Positions 1-13,548 of a stretch of DNA of 64,000 bases are shown here, in pieces. The DNA is taken from positions 2,728,001-2,792,000 of the forward strand of contig JBHGNT010000021.1 of assembly GCA_043228905.1 (NCBI GenBank), read 5' to 3'. A model generated the notes under the pieces. The model saw nothing but the letters and a program-made list of their open reading frames with translations. It was not told the DNA's origin and did no database searches. This stretch comes from Azolla caroliniana (Eukaryota; Plantae; Polypodiophyta). Position 1 is the first letter of the stretch. Every line of letters starts with the position of its first letter. Made by a program: the position numbers and the translations under genes.

Positions 1-749
1 GGACACCATTGCTCTTTAGTAGTTTTAAGAACCATTTCAAATTACAAAACATGGATCTACTCATACACTCTTGTTATTGATAAATTGGTTAAAATCTTTT
101 GATGGATCAATTTATTTAGGTTTTCCCATGGAAACTTGTGGAATCTTAAATCGAATTTGATGGTATCCACATCATCTAAGATGTGGCAACTCTATTGGAT
201 TGAAAAGAAAGAACCCAAGAATGAATGATATGGGTAATCTAAACATACAAAATAGATGAACTTAAACATATTTTTTGGGTGTCATAAAAGTTATGGTTTG
301 TCTATTGTATGCAATATCTTCGTTATAAGGTATCGTTAAAACAACATAGGACACCATTGCTCTTTAGTAGTTTTAAGAACCATTTCAAATTACAAAACAT
401 GGATCTACTCATACACTCTTGTTATTGATAAATTGGTTAAAATCTTTTGATGGATCAATTTATTTAGGTTTTCCATGGAAACTTGTGGAATCTGAAATCG
501 AATTTGATGGTATCTACATCATCTAAGATGTGGCAACTCTATTGGATTGAAAAGAAAGAACCCAAGAATGAGTGATATGGGTAATCTAAACATACAAAAT
601 AGATGAACTTAAACATATTTTTTGGGTGTCATAAAAGTTCTAGTTTGTCTATTGTATGCAATATCTTCGTTATAAGGTATCTTTAAAACAACATAGAACA
701 CCATTGCTCTTTAGTAGTTTTAAGAACCATTTCAAATTACAAAACATGG
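1..749. repeat. Tandem repeat, ~348-bp unit, 2 full copies plus a partial third (array probably extends left of the window)
   Basis: GGACACCATTGCTCTTTAGTAGTTTTAAGAACC recurs at 1, 349 and 696 (GAACACC variant); the units are near-identical. Confidence 0.9.
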
Positions 750-1754
750 TTTGTAGAACCTAGAGGGCTAGTTATTACATTTGATGATGACATAATATAT
801 GTACACACATTTTTAGTAAAGTACTCTATTTTTGTCAGGTTTTATAATGAGGGGTCACAATCATAATGGTAACTTCTAAGTATTGACCCAATAATGCATG
901 AAATGTGGTTGGAATATCAATAGAGACATAACACACAAAATGAGATCGTAACAGATAAAACCTAAATAATTGATATAATGCACAAGATGATATCCCAATA
1001 TAATTGTTGATAGCAAATAGTCTATAGTAAGGAATATTAAAAAGGCCAAAAATGTAATTACTACATAAAAGGGGTTGTATATAGGCCAAAATGTGACTAA
1101 AGGGTTTGTGCCACCAACATCACAATTTTATTTCCAGTTGTCTATGCTCTAGGTTTGTTGTGTGTGTTCTCGATAGGTTTTAAACAAGTTATTCAACCAC
1201 TACATCTCCACTTTCAACAATGGTATCATCACAACAAAAGCATGTAATCAAGGCAACCAAGAGATTGTAGATGCATTTTTCCTTCTCTATGTATGCTACA
1301 TGTGAACAGACAGGTAGACACGAAGGTAGTGCCATCATATGCAAACACGTGAGACAATATTCACTATAGTCTTGTTGTTGCAAGAACTCTTTAGCCATAG
1401 TCACCATGTCTCATAGAGATATCTCTCTTGATTCTCAAACATCTAGTAATTAATACATATCAACCTGTCTTACTTCTAGATTACACAAAAAATGAGTGTA
1501 CATGTATGTGTACTACACTGTGACATAAAAGTTGCATGCCTAATCACCCGGAGGTTGTGAAATGAAAGTTACATGTTTTTTGCCCTTCATTAATTATGGG
1601 TTGGCAAAGAAAGAGTTGTTGTTTTTTGGGGGCATATGTAGTTTAATCCACTAGTGTTTATTGTGCTTAAGGTTAGCTAGTGAGTAGTGCCTCGATTGCT
1701 ATTAGGATGATGGCTTTTGAAATGACTCTTTTAGTTCCAATAGGAATTAATCGA

Positions 1755-3435
1755 TGATTGAGAAGGACCACATTGAAATCCATGGGTTTGACAAATCTAA
1801 GTTTGCCTTGTGGAAGAATAAAATGAGAGATGTACTGATTTAGATAAGGCAATTAAGGTCATTGACTTGTGAAGCCAAGAAACTTGTAGGCATGATCAAT
1901 GATGATTGGGAATAGCTCGATCTCTTGGAATATCTACCATAACATTGTGCATTTAGCAAATAATGTATATTTCACGGAATTGGAATGTGACTCGGTCGAA
2001 AAGTTATGAACAAAATTATGTAGCACTTATTAGAATGAGACTATCAAGTTTAATTTTTTTAATGAGTTTTATCATCTTTGCATGAAAGACACCAACAATA
2101 TTACAATAGGAGTAGAGCAAATCTTGGAAGTAAAATGTTGGATATCATTATTGTCATAAGAAGGGTTTATTTTGAAAGATCGTTATGCCTTAAAGAAAAA
2201 GGAAAAGGAAAATAATAAAGCCAAAGGTGATGGCCATTCTAAATAATCTAGTGATTCCTCATCCTCGCTAGAGATAGAGGAAATAAATGTAACATGTGAT
2301 GGGACAAACATACTGGCTTTGGATTATGTTGCTATACAAGTTGGGGTAAATATGGTTTTCTCTCCTTGCCATACATGAATGTTGGAGTATGGTGCATCAT
2401 TTCATGTGAGTCCACTCATTGAGTGGTTCACAGGTTATAAAGCCAAGTCACTTGGCAAAGTTAAACTTGGAGAGCCAAATTAGCAATGAGCATCATGCCA
2501 TTGGTATTTGAGATATTTTAATACATTTAAGGGATGATTCTCATCTTGTCATGAAACTTGTAACCACGTGCCCCAACTAACACCTAGTTCGTTGTTTGTT
2601 GGTTAACTTGATGATAATGGCTATACGGTGACATTTGCTTTTCAATCTTTTCATATAACTAACGAAAATACAATTACTATTAAGGGGAATAAAATTGGTT
2701 CTCTTGATTCATCAAAAGGAACATCTGTTGATTGTCACATAACAATCTATGGTGTGCATTTGGCACGGTTGTTTAGGCCAAATGTCATGAAATGACATGG
2801 GAATAATTATTTCTCATTTTGAGTAAGTTGCTATCTTTTGATTTTGCATTTTGTGAACATTGCTAACATGGCAAGTAAACTATAAATGCACGTAAGTCCC
2901 ACATTGACTCATACACTAACATATGTATGTGATCCTATGCCTACTAGATTTTTCGGTGGTGCATTGTAATTCACCACCCTCATTCATAATGCCACTAGGA
3001 AAGTTTGGGCGTATACAATTAAGGGAAAGGATGATGTATACCCTACTTTGAAAAAATTGAGCTCAAGGCTTGACATTCAAATAATGGAGGTGAGTACACC
3101 TCTCACAAATTTAGCGACTTTTGTAAATCTAGAGGCATTAAAAGAGAGTTTAATGATGTGGCACAAGGTATGAATAATTATATAACCATCAAGGACAGGG
3201 TTATTTCTATGCTTCACAAAGTGTTTGGGCAAAAGCTATTTTAACAACAATCCATGTAATTAATCTATCACTAAAATATATCCATAGACCTAAAAGTGGC
3301 ACAATAGTTGTGGACAAGAAGTCTCCTCTTAGAGTCTTTCGATGTGAAGTATATATGCACGTCCCAAAACAACTTAGTAAATGTATTTTTCTTGGTTATG
3401 GAATTGGAGATCAATTTGGATATCGCTTTTGGAAC
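1755..3435 (+). pseudogene. Decayed Ty1/copia gag-protease-integrase relic
   Basis: Hand-translated remnants in copia order: FDKSKFALWKNKMRDVL (gag), MLEYGASFHVSP..EWF (protease D-S-G-A-S region), IWHGCLGQMS and FCEHC (GAG-pre-integrase/HHCC), NGGEYTSHKFSDFCKSRGIKRE (integrase), LRVFRCEVYMHVPK..KCIFLGYG..GYRFW; many stops and frameshifts. Confidence 0.8.
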
Positions 3436-3737
3436 TTTAGTGTCATTGGTTGGTTCTTTGGTGGGAGGTGGGATTTGAACCAACACCAAGTGTTTAACAC
3501 TACCATTGACCCACTATGAGACAAACTTGATGGAGTTCATGTTGCAAAAATCCAAGCCTCAAAGGTGTTTCTTTCCATTTACTTGCAACAAAGAGGGAAA
3601 AATTTTGAAGAGTTGGAGAAAAGCTGATTTCTCAAATTGGCATTAACTAAGGTTGATTAAAGGTTAGTTTAGGAAGTCTAGAGCCAATAAAAAATTGAGA
3701 GCCACTCACTGAGCAAAGGAACAAATGACAAACCATG

Positions 3738-3740
<3 letters not shown>

Positions 3741-3768
<28 letters not shown>
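3741..3768. repeat. (AC)n microsatellite within a low-complexity CA/CATA tract
   Basis: Direct reading. Confidence 0.85.
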
Positions 3769-3771
<3 letters not shown>

Positions 3772-4346
3772 TGACACCCATGCACACATACACATACATA
3801 CATCGATAACAAAACAAATACGCTATTACATGCGCATAGACACATACATATCCAAACACACTTTCCTAACAAAACACAACTACAATATACTTGCACATAT
3901 GCTTAATCACACACAATAACACTATTCATAAAGACACACATACATACAAGTATGCGTATGCACTTACTTACACATGGAATGTACTTAGTCTTTATATTTA
4001 ATGGCACATTCTATGTAAAAACTCTACTTACTGGTGGTGCATATCCACACAAACACATGATTTGGTTCAAGGAGTCTGACTTGAAGAGGTGCCCTCACGA
4101 CAACCAACTCTTGCAACTCTTTATCAACAAGACCCTAGTGGTTAAAGACCCTAGTGGTCCCCATCAATTTCATATCCATGTGCATATCTTCGTGACGTCT
4201 TCTACTATGAGAATGACAAGCGTGGACCAAATACTCAAGATATAATTATGCATTTATGCTAACATCATGTACACATACACACACACATAACATATGCATG
4301 AGGGTGCACACATGCATAAACCCCACAAATTATTTACATTCGCCTT

Positions 4347-4741
4347 TAACAATTGGCAACGGTTCGGTCTAAACTGAACCGCGAAACCGTGTCTTAACGG
4401 TTTAAATGGACCACGTTTGGTTTGGTTCAGTTTAGTTCAGTTTGGTTCAATTTAAATGGTTTGATGGTTTTCAAATATTATTTATTTATTTATATATATA
4501 TTTAAACAATCTTTTCATTTTAAAGCCCATTTCTCACATTTTAGGAAAAATCTTTAAAATTTTGAAATTTGACCTAAGTTAAAAACCTAAACTGAACCAC
4601 AAAACTACGGTTTTTGAGGTTTAATGGTTTAGATATTTACCAAATGGTTCGATTTAAACGGTTTCATGGTTCAGTTCGGGTTTCAAAAAATTTTAACGGT
4701 TCGGTTTGGACACTCTCGAAGTGAACTGTTGCCTATTGTTA
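4347..4741. mobile_element. hAT-type non-autonomous element (MITE), copy 1
   Basis: TIRs TAACAATTGGCAACGGTTC / GAACTGTTGCCTATTGTTA (17/19); 8-bp TSD TTCGCCTT (4339-4346) / TTCACCTT (4742-4749); interior dense in AACCG/CGGTT subterminal motifs. Confidence 0.75.
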
Positions 4742-6658
4742 TTCACCTTGCAATGTGTACCTACACATGAATTAAAGCACTTTCCTCACGAACATGAATG
4801 AACTAAAGAGAAGGATCCGTAGAAGCATGAACAAATGACAACATGTATGTTGATTCTCGCAAGCCTTCATCAACAATGCCATCAAACTCATCTTCCCTAG
4901 TTCAAGTCCCTTGTGATTCCGCTCAGAATTTCACATGCATGCATTGATTTCCGACATTGTTGTTTGCTATGGAACTCAAAAGTGATGCAAGCAATTTTAA
5001 CGTTACCTATGTCTTCTTAATTTTTCATCTTTGATATAATGGAAAATTAAATCACTTTTGCGATTGGATCATCAACCAAAGTCTAACGTACTCATGCCTA
5101 AGCATGGCTTGGTTTTCATGGAGTCGTATGTCCATCATAAAAATGTTGCAACACAACCCCTATTGATTTTGGAAGGAATATCACATGATTATGTGAAGAT
5201 TCAACCATTTAAAGGGTATGTGTGTAGGAACTCATCGTAACTTTCATATAAATGGAAATACAAGGATCGAAACCTCGTGTTGACATGTTGACATGATGGT
5301 TGATCATTAAAAAGCTTACAACATGTTGTGATTAAACACTTGCTGCTCTCATGGCAACATAGTTTGAGCTTGGCTAACTAAAAATCTTCATATTGTAGAC
5401 AATATCACAATACTACCAGTTGAGATACTCTAATATTCATGGGGCTTGCATTGGTATGGAATAACCAAAGTGTCAATGGTTTATCCATGAACAAATTTGA
5501 AAGATCCCACAAGATTAGGCAAAGTGGATAAGGATGAGCTCCATATATTGGTAAATCCAAGAGCATAAAACAATATTGAATGCCATCATTTGCATGGTTG
5601 GCACCAAAATAGCACTTTAGATATTTGCCAAGTTAAGTTAATTATTAAAAAGGACAACTTTGGATAGTTCCTATTGGTTTTCTTTCAAGGAACCAAAGCT
5701 CTATAATATGGCCTTCCACTACAGTGAGTATTGGGGTCCATGGTATCATTGGAGTATGAGAATTGGGATTATCTCCATGAAGTACTTCAACAACTACTAT
5801 ATAGATTTACATGGAAAATTGATTTGGACATTCTTGCAAGTAAGCTTTGTGGGCATTTTGTCTCAAGAAGACTTGGCTTTATGTGAGTGAGTGTCACACC
5901 AACCTTGCCATAAGATCATCATTATTGTAGGGATTAGAAAGGTTTTTATCGATTGATATATGCACCTCATGCGTGTGTATGTGCATGCGCTAATTTTTGA
6001 GAGCGTCCAAAATGTAGAGAGAGTGAGTGTCTGTATATGTCATTGGTGAGGTGGCATTTCAATCCTACTTTCCTGCATTACTTGCAATATTTCATTTCAA
6101 AGCTCATGATAAGAGGGAATTGGCAGAAAGCTTACTTTTGTTCATAGGGTCTCATCAAGTTTTCTTCCGAGAGATCATCTTCCCAATTGCTTGCTTGAAT
6201 ATGCTACACATGCATTACCATGTTCAGTATGGTGGCATACTTATCGCTACCTTCACATATGCATACGTGAATGTGCTCGCGCACACATCATGCAACTGAT
6301 GACAATCGGGGCATAGTTGTGTTGACAAGATGGTAGTTTGAAAACCATACAGAGATTTGGGGGGGGGGGGGGTTGTGAGTTTCGATCGATAACGAACGAC
6401 GGGGCGGGCAACATGCTTGAGTGTACTAGGAGGACGAGAAACAAACAACACAGATATGGACGCGATGCAACTACTGCTACGAGATCAGGGTACAATGGTA
6501 GTAGGATAATGAGGAGCGATAGATGCTTCATGAGTCAATAGTCGCGTACAAGGGACCAATATGCAAGTGGGATATAAAGGGGTGGGTGTGGCCCAAAGGA
6601 TTTGAACCCATGACCTATCCTAGCCTTGGGTGTGTGTGTGCGCGCAGAAGAAACGTGA

Positions 6659-6694
<36 letters not shown>

Positions 6695-6729
6695 GACATG
6701 GACAGGGACAGAGTGTTTGGAGGTCATTG

Positions 6730-6771
<42 letters not shown>

Positions 6772-6777
<6 letters not shown>

Positions 6778-6950
6778 AAGAAAGAAAGAAAGATATATTA
6801 ACGTTTTCTAAGACCAAAATTGGCCCATGAGAATTGGTTTACAACAAAAATGGGTTATTTACCCATTAATGAAAAGTAAAAATAGAGAGAGAGAGAGAGA
6901 GAGAGAGAGATTAACGTCTTCTAAGGCCAAATTTGGCCCATGAGACCAAA
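6772..6950 (-). mobile_element. Two short 5'-truncated 3' ends of the LINE family found at 45592, embedded in (GA)n
   Basis: 6772-6884 aligns by eye with 45592-45706 (GAAAGAAAGATATATTAACGT..CTAAG.CCAAA.TTGGCCCATGAGA..TTACAACAAAAATG); 6911-6946 repeats TTAACGTCTTCTAAGGCCAAATTTGGCCCATGAGAC exactly. Confidence 0.8.
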
Positions 6951-6951
6951 T

Positions 6952-7013
6952 GGATATAGCTCAGTTGGTAACGCTACCCAAATGGAGACCAGGTGGTCAT
7001 GGGTTCAACCCCC
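6952..7013 (+). other. tRNA-derived Pol III promoter-like head (SINE-like), not an intact tRNA
   Basis: A-box TAGCTCAGTTGG and B-box GGTTCAACCCC at tRNA-like spacing; no convincing anticodon arm or acceptor stem. Confidence 0.5.
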
Positions 7014-7506
7014 TACATTCCACAGTGGCATCTTGTGAATTAAGAGATATTGTATGTTAAATGTAGTGGCATCTAGTGAATTAAGAGATATTGCATATAT
7101 GGAGTATATAATAGTGAGGTGAGTAGAATTAGGTTTCGAACCCAAGACGTAGTGTAACAACTTACCAATAGGTATATTAAGCTAATAACCAGAAAAAGAG
7201 AGAGAGAAGGTGGCCCTCCTCAGCAGTGGGAATGGGGATTTTGGGATCATGGCGATGGCGATGGCGATGGCGGCAGAACATTCTACTTCCTAAATTTGGC
7301 TCTGTCTCTGCCTCCCGTATTCTTCTCCCATTAAATCGGATTAATTCCTCTGATGATCACCACAGTCCCCCTTAAATTTCTCTATTATTTATATCTTCTC
7401 CTTCACTCTCCTCCTGCCTCTTTGCCTCACCAGCACTTCATTTCTCCGCCTAAACAGAAGCAGCAGCAGCAGCAGCAATAATAATAGTGAAGTACTGTTA
7501 ATAGTG

Positions 7507-10500
7507 ATGATGATGATGAAGCACAGTAGATCTCAATCATCAACATCTCAGTACTTCCTCTACAATAACAAATGCTCCTGCTCCTGCTTCATGCTCGTCA
7601 TCTCCATCGCTCTACTTCTAGTACCTCTTCTCTCCAATCATCAGGTGCCTGCCATTGCCTAATTCCTTTTAACTCACACTTCAAAAAAAGCACATACTTT
7701 ATCGATACTCAATCTGCCTACTTCTTTTAATTTATCATGACTGTGTATGTATATATTGTTAGGCTGCTTTTGTTACAGTTTCTGCGACCTCAGATGTGGG
7801 TGAAGATATTCATGAAGGAAAGCTAATCTTACAGGTAACCAGCAGGCTAGACTAAACATTTTTTGCTTGTATACCTACTGCCTATGTACTTGTATGTATG
7901 TATGTATGTATGTATGTATGTACTAGTATACCTAGGTCCTGCATGCATGTATGATGTATGTATGTATGCATGTATGTATGTATGTATGTATGTATGTATG
8001 TATGTATTAGTATACCTACAGGTATGTATGTATGTACTAGTATACCTACATGTATGTATGTATGTATGTATGTATTAGTATACCTACATGTATGTATGTA
8101 TGTGTGCATGATGTATGTATGCACGTATGTATGTATGCATGTACTAGTATACCTACATGTATGTATGTATGTTGTGCATGATGTATTGAGTATGATCATG
8201 ATCATGATGACACCAATGATATATTTCTACATCCATTGAGGGCCAAACATGATCCATGGGACTAATGTCGAACCTTACAATTATCCCTTGTTGGGTTGTG
8301 GGGACTAGAGACGAGCATAGAGCATTCCTTGTGTGGTTGAAGATGGTTTGTCCTTCTTTGACACGATAGTCATGGACGATTACCCCCTTATCTATTGTCA
8401 AAGCACGTTGTTCGACATAGACAACACATTCAATTGTTGTTGTATAGGAAGTGGAGCAAAATCTAGTTCTCGCAATAAATTCCTTATCGGGTCTTAGAAA
8501 CTATTCTCAAATTTACTCCCACAAACATTCTACTCAGCGGTAACCATACATTAGAGATGCAATTGTATGTACCCATTTTATTTATATTGGTTGGTGAAAC
8601 CATAAGGAATTAACCATGTTTTCAAGAAGTACGATAAGATGGGTTTATTGGAAATTAATGGAGATTTGAAACTACCTATAATGTTATATCTTCTTTGAAC
8701 ATCATTTCCATAACACAAAGTTAACACCATGCCTGCATTGCATAGTTCAACTGGCACATGTTATCAACTTCATTGTGTTGGATCGTGCCAACATCCATTA
8801 TCTAGTTACACACTTCGAGTAGGTTATCTAGGTATATCAACTTTGAGTACGTATTTGAAACTCTCACTACCTTCGCATCCTCTTCATGGTTCTCTTTTGG
8901 TTGTTAGACTTTCAAATTTGTTAGTGTCCATTGTCAATTACCACCATGACTTTAGTCTTCTTAGCCATGTTATTTGCTAGGGCACTAAGTTGTTCATAGA
9001 AAGTATGTGTGGTTGCCAAAAGCTTTTTGCAATATATGTTGAGAAAATTGCCTTTACTTAGCAACATCAATTAGGTAAAATATGAAATGTCCACCAAATT
9101 TGGTTTGTGCTTTTGCTAACCTAAGGCTTCTTGGGCAAACTCTTCTAGAGCACATGTTATAGGACATCCTTGTTTCATTCCATTGGTTCTCACTAATTAA
9201 CTCACTTGAAAGAAATATACAGGGAGGTCATAATTATGTATGTATAAAGTAAAGTTATAAACTTATATCCTTGTTCTCAAAATGGCGTTGATAGCTTATA
9301 TATCTACATATGTAACCGTAATTTAAATTTTATTGCTTGGAGAGCGAAATTCTAATATGATGATCACACAGCCTTCGATTGTGGAGAAAGTGAATAATCA
9401 TCCAAATGCCAATTGGAAAGCAGATCTCAATGCTCGATTTGCGAAATCTACTGTAAGTATCCGTGACATTGGAAAATCTTTGAATGTATATGTGTGTTTT
9501 CATGTATATGTATATGTATGCTAAAGGTGTAGATATGTGTTTTTTGTATGTTTATATATGTATGGTAATGATGTACATTGGAGATATATGTGTTTTTATA
9601 TGTATATTAAGTGTACGTATTTACATATTTGCATGTATATTCATGCATTTGTGTGTATTTGTAATACACCTATATGCATGTGGTGTTGATATATGTGTTT
9701 TTTAAGCATGTATTTATGTTTTTGCATATGTGTTCATTCATATAGCTCTGTGTATGTGTATAATATGTATGTATGTATAGTTCGTGTGTGTGTGGCTTGT
9801 GCATTCATGAATGATGTGTGTGTTCATGTACTAAGTGTGTATATGTGTTACATCCATGATTTTGACACTGCATTTTATTTAGGTGGATGACTTCAAAAGA
9901 ATGTTGGGATCATTTGTGGATCGTGAAGGAACAATGTTGTCAATGCGCATGCATCGTAGGGGTCTCAAACTTCCAATAAACTTCGATGCAAGGGATGCAT
10001 GGCCTCAATGTTCTTCCCTCAGAACCATTCTAGGTTGGCATCATTTGCAAATTTATGTATTTTAAGATTCTAAAAATCAAGGGCAATTGTGTGTATAAGT
10101 TTGGTTAATTTATTCCACAATTTTGTCAGCTTTATTCATGAAGTGCTCTAAATCCCTTCCAAAGGATGTTCTAATTCTAATTATTGTCTACGAATGTTTT
10201 GACATACGTATTGGTGGCATTGTATGAAATTTTGGTGGTTTAGATCAGGTAACCAAGAATTTCTTACATAATTTAATCCCATTGCTAAATTTTTCATGTT
10301 CGTTACACACTTGATGATATTATTGATGTCTCACATATTTGTAGGGGCATTGTGGTTCTTGTTGGGCCTTTGGAGCTGTTGAATGCTTATCTGATCGCTT
10401 TTGCATTCATTTCAATGAAGTGAGAATAAACTCAACTTCGTTATTTTATTTTATTTCAATGAAATTGAGAGGAAATTCTTGGGTAATTTGCTAGTTTTTG

Positions 10501-12475
10501 TCCAAAGATTCCCTTGAATTGAGGGATTTACCATATCCTCGGTGCTCTTGTGTAGACGATCACTTTGTCGGAAAATGATTTGTTGTCTTGTTGTGACTTT
10601 GAATGTGGCAATGGTTGCAATGGAGGAGATCCGTTACAAGCATGGCAATACTTTGTTCGAAGTGGTGTCGTGACAACAGAGGTACCAAATTTGAAAGAGA
10701 TCACATTAGAGTTTAACAAGCATGTTGCCTTTTCACAGCTTTGCCACATTGGAGTAATGGGTATCATAGTGGAAGCATACGTTAAACTCTCAACATATAA
10801 GCTTAAGTAGGAGTTAATAACAATAGATTAAATGCACTAGAAATCTCAAACATATACATATATGTAGACATATTCATACGTGTGCATTTATTTTTCTCCT
10901 AACTTGGGATTGGTTATTTGTAGTGTGCTCCATATTTTGATGCCGCGGGATGTCCTCACCCAGGATGTGATCCTCTCTATCCCACTCCACTGTGTGTGCA
11001 CGAGTGTAAAGATAATGCTGATTATGAAACAAATAAATATTATGCATCAAGTGCATATATTGTTGGATCGGATCCATATGACATAATGGTAGAAGTCTAT
11101 AACAATGGACCGGTGGAAGTGGCATTTGATGTATTTGAGGTGAAGTTTGCTTTTAGTTATGAAACATTACTCCATCTCATAATTTTAAACTCGTCTTTTT
11201 AATCATTTAATACATCATTTGTCTTGGAATACTAGGACTTTGCTCATTATAGCTCTGGTGTGTACCATTATCTATATGGAGACTACCTTGGTGGGCATGC
11301 TGTAAAACTCCTTGGGTGGGGTACTACAGATGATGGTATTGACTATTGGGTATGTGTTTTCATCCATATTTCAATTATTGAAAGTTACTGTTATGAGAAC
11401 ACTAACTTTGAAGAAATGAAATGTGACATTTTTTGTGTTGAATTGTGAGTTGCATTTTGATTATTGAGAATACTAACTCTTTAGATGTTCTTTTCTTTCT
11501 CCCATAGCTTTTGGCTAATTCGTGGAATACTGATTGGGGCCAGGTAAGGAGAACTTTTCATCATTAGCTTGGAAGCTTATAATATCATTGTGAATATTAG
11601 TATATTCTATATAATCTAACGTGCTTCCCAATATTTAGCTTATTAGATTGTACGAAAATATTGATTTGTTAGATTAGGTAATCAAAAATTGCTTTTGAAT
11701 AAAAGAAACCATTGGTGTATTAATAAATAACTCAATTGAGACATTTCACATTGGCTTATATGAAATTTGGTAGGTAGGGGTTATAGAGAGGGGTTGCCGA
11801 AGTCCTTTTCCACTCATTTAAAACCAAGGTCAACACCACTTCAATGAAGAGGTTACAAACCATTTTGAAAGCATGAGAGCAACCTTGAATAAGAACTTTT
11901 CTATTACTCGTTTTACAAAGCCATGACTCAGTCATGGATGGACTTGGAAAATCGGGTTTTATATTTTGAGATCTCACTTTATTAATTAGTAGATTTGGAT
12001 TCCAAAGATACTTTTACATGGAAAAGGATTGAGGGATTATGCTCCACATCTTTGCATGTTTCTTTTGCAAACTCATTTGGGTCATCTCAACATGCATTTC
12101 AAAACAAAACAAAAATCCATCAAAATCTACCTATGTTGCTAAACCCTAAACAAAAATCCATCAAAATCTCAACGTTTCTAATAGTTTTAAGTATGTTGCT
12201 AAAGCATCTTAATGGTAATCATGCACTTTAGACACTAACTTATAATATTTAACACCCATGTAAGTAAAATGTTATAGCATGGTTACAAATAATTTTAAAC
12301 TCTCCATTGATGTTAAAACTACCATTTGATTTGCTTTCTTGATGTTGCTTGTTTGAAATGTGTTATCTAGGATGGGTACTTCATGATCCAAAGAGGTGTG
12401 AATGAATGTGGCATTGAAAGCACTCCAGTTGCCGGCATGCCCGCTAGAAAGAGGAGCTTTTTGGATTTCATTTAG
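7507..12475 (+). CDS. CathB: Cathepsin B-like cysteine protease (papain family C1A), 11 exons, ~372 aa
   Basis: GT-AG exons: 7507-7644, 7763-7834, 9372-9452, 9883-10033, 10244-10248, 10345-10419, 10556-10681, 10924-11139, 11236-11349, 11508-11543, 12371-12475. They join in frame: hydrophobic signal segment, propeptide ([20 protein letters not shown]), [14 protein letters not shown], catalytic [50 protein letters not shown]..stop. The start ATG is the least certain part. Confidence 0.93.
7866..8185. repeat. (TATG)n-based minisatellite with recurring TAGTATACCTAC modules in cathepsin B intron 2
   Basis: Direct reading; explains the spurious MYVC-rich ORFs. Confidence 0.85.
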
Positions 12476-12580
12476 GATCTCTCTTCGAAGAACCAAGAGA
12501 GATGTGAATGAATGTGGCAAACACCCCTATTAACGCGTATCAGATAGGAGTCTTCTAAATTTGATTATCTTAAGCGACAC

Positions 12581-12823
12581 TTTTATATCTTAACTTGTGA
12601 CACTCATATAGGTGCTCGATTTATTGAATGTCTTTTTCTTCTGGTATCCTATAAACTTTTGATGCTTGGGGATTATGATTATGTAGAAGGTTTGCAATAT
12701 ACGTATAGCTTGGATGATTTTAATATCTTAACTTGTGACAATCATATAGGTGCTCGATTTATTGAATGTCTCTTTCTTCTGGTATCCTATAAACTTTTGA
12801 TGCTTGGGGATTATGATTATGTA
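12581..12823. repeat. Direct duplication of ~105 bp (period ~140 bp)
   Basis: ATATCTTAACTTGTGACA..GGTGCTCGATTTATTGAATG..GGGGATTATGATTATGTA occurs at ~12585 and ~12725. Confidence 0.85.
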
Positions 12824-13049
12824 AAAACACTCAACCTTTCTGGAAACTTTATCAGTAAGTATATGTATAGCTTGGATGTTTTTATTGTTTGAAATTTGCT
12901 AGTTCAACAAAATTATATGAAATTATGTTCTTTTAGCATTTAGCACAATAGGCACACTTCTTTTCAGTCTTTGACATGGCTATTTTAGCATTTAGCACAA
13001 TAGGCACTTTTTTAGTCTTTGACATGGCTCTTTAATGATCGACCACAAA

Positions 13050-13548
13050 CTCAGCTTAATCTTTGGTATGCTTTGATAATCAACCATAAAATAAGTAATG
13101 CTCAAACCATGATATAGCAAATTTCTTAAGCATCATATTAATATATGTTTTGACAATTCATGCATATCATATAAAGTTTTTTATTATTATTTTAGTATGT
13201 AAGTACATCTACACAACCTCAGCTTAATCTTTGGTATGCTTTCATAATCAACCATAAAATAAGTAATACTCAACCATGATATAGCAAATTTCTTAAGCAT
13301 CATATTAATATATGTTTTGACAATTCATGCATATCATATAAAGTTTTTTATTATTATTTTAGTATGTAAGTACATCTACACAACCTCAGCTTAATCTTTG
13401 GTATGTTTTCATAATCAACCATAAAATAAGTAATACTCAACCATGATATAGCAAATTTCTTAAGCATCATATTATATATACACGTTTTGACAATTCGTGC
13501 ATATCATATAATGTTTTTTATTATTATTTTAGTAAGTACATCTACATC
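13050..13548. repeat. Tandem repeat, ~167-bp unit x3
   Basis: CTCAGCTTAATCTTTGGTATG starts at 13050, 13218 and 13385. Confidence 0.9.

Noticed and set aside
6952-7025. Functional tRNA gene
   Set aside because: A and B boxes are present but no cloverleaf, acceptor stem or anticodon arm could be built
7249-7293. uORF MAMAMAMAAEHSTS upstream of cathepsin B
   Set aside because: Derives from an (ATGGCG)n microsatellite and the transcription start is unknown, so it may not be transcribed
7863-9890. MYVC-rich ORFs in cathepsin B introns 2-3
   Set aside because: Translation artefacts of TATG/TG microsatellites
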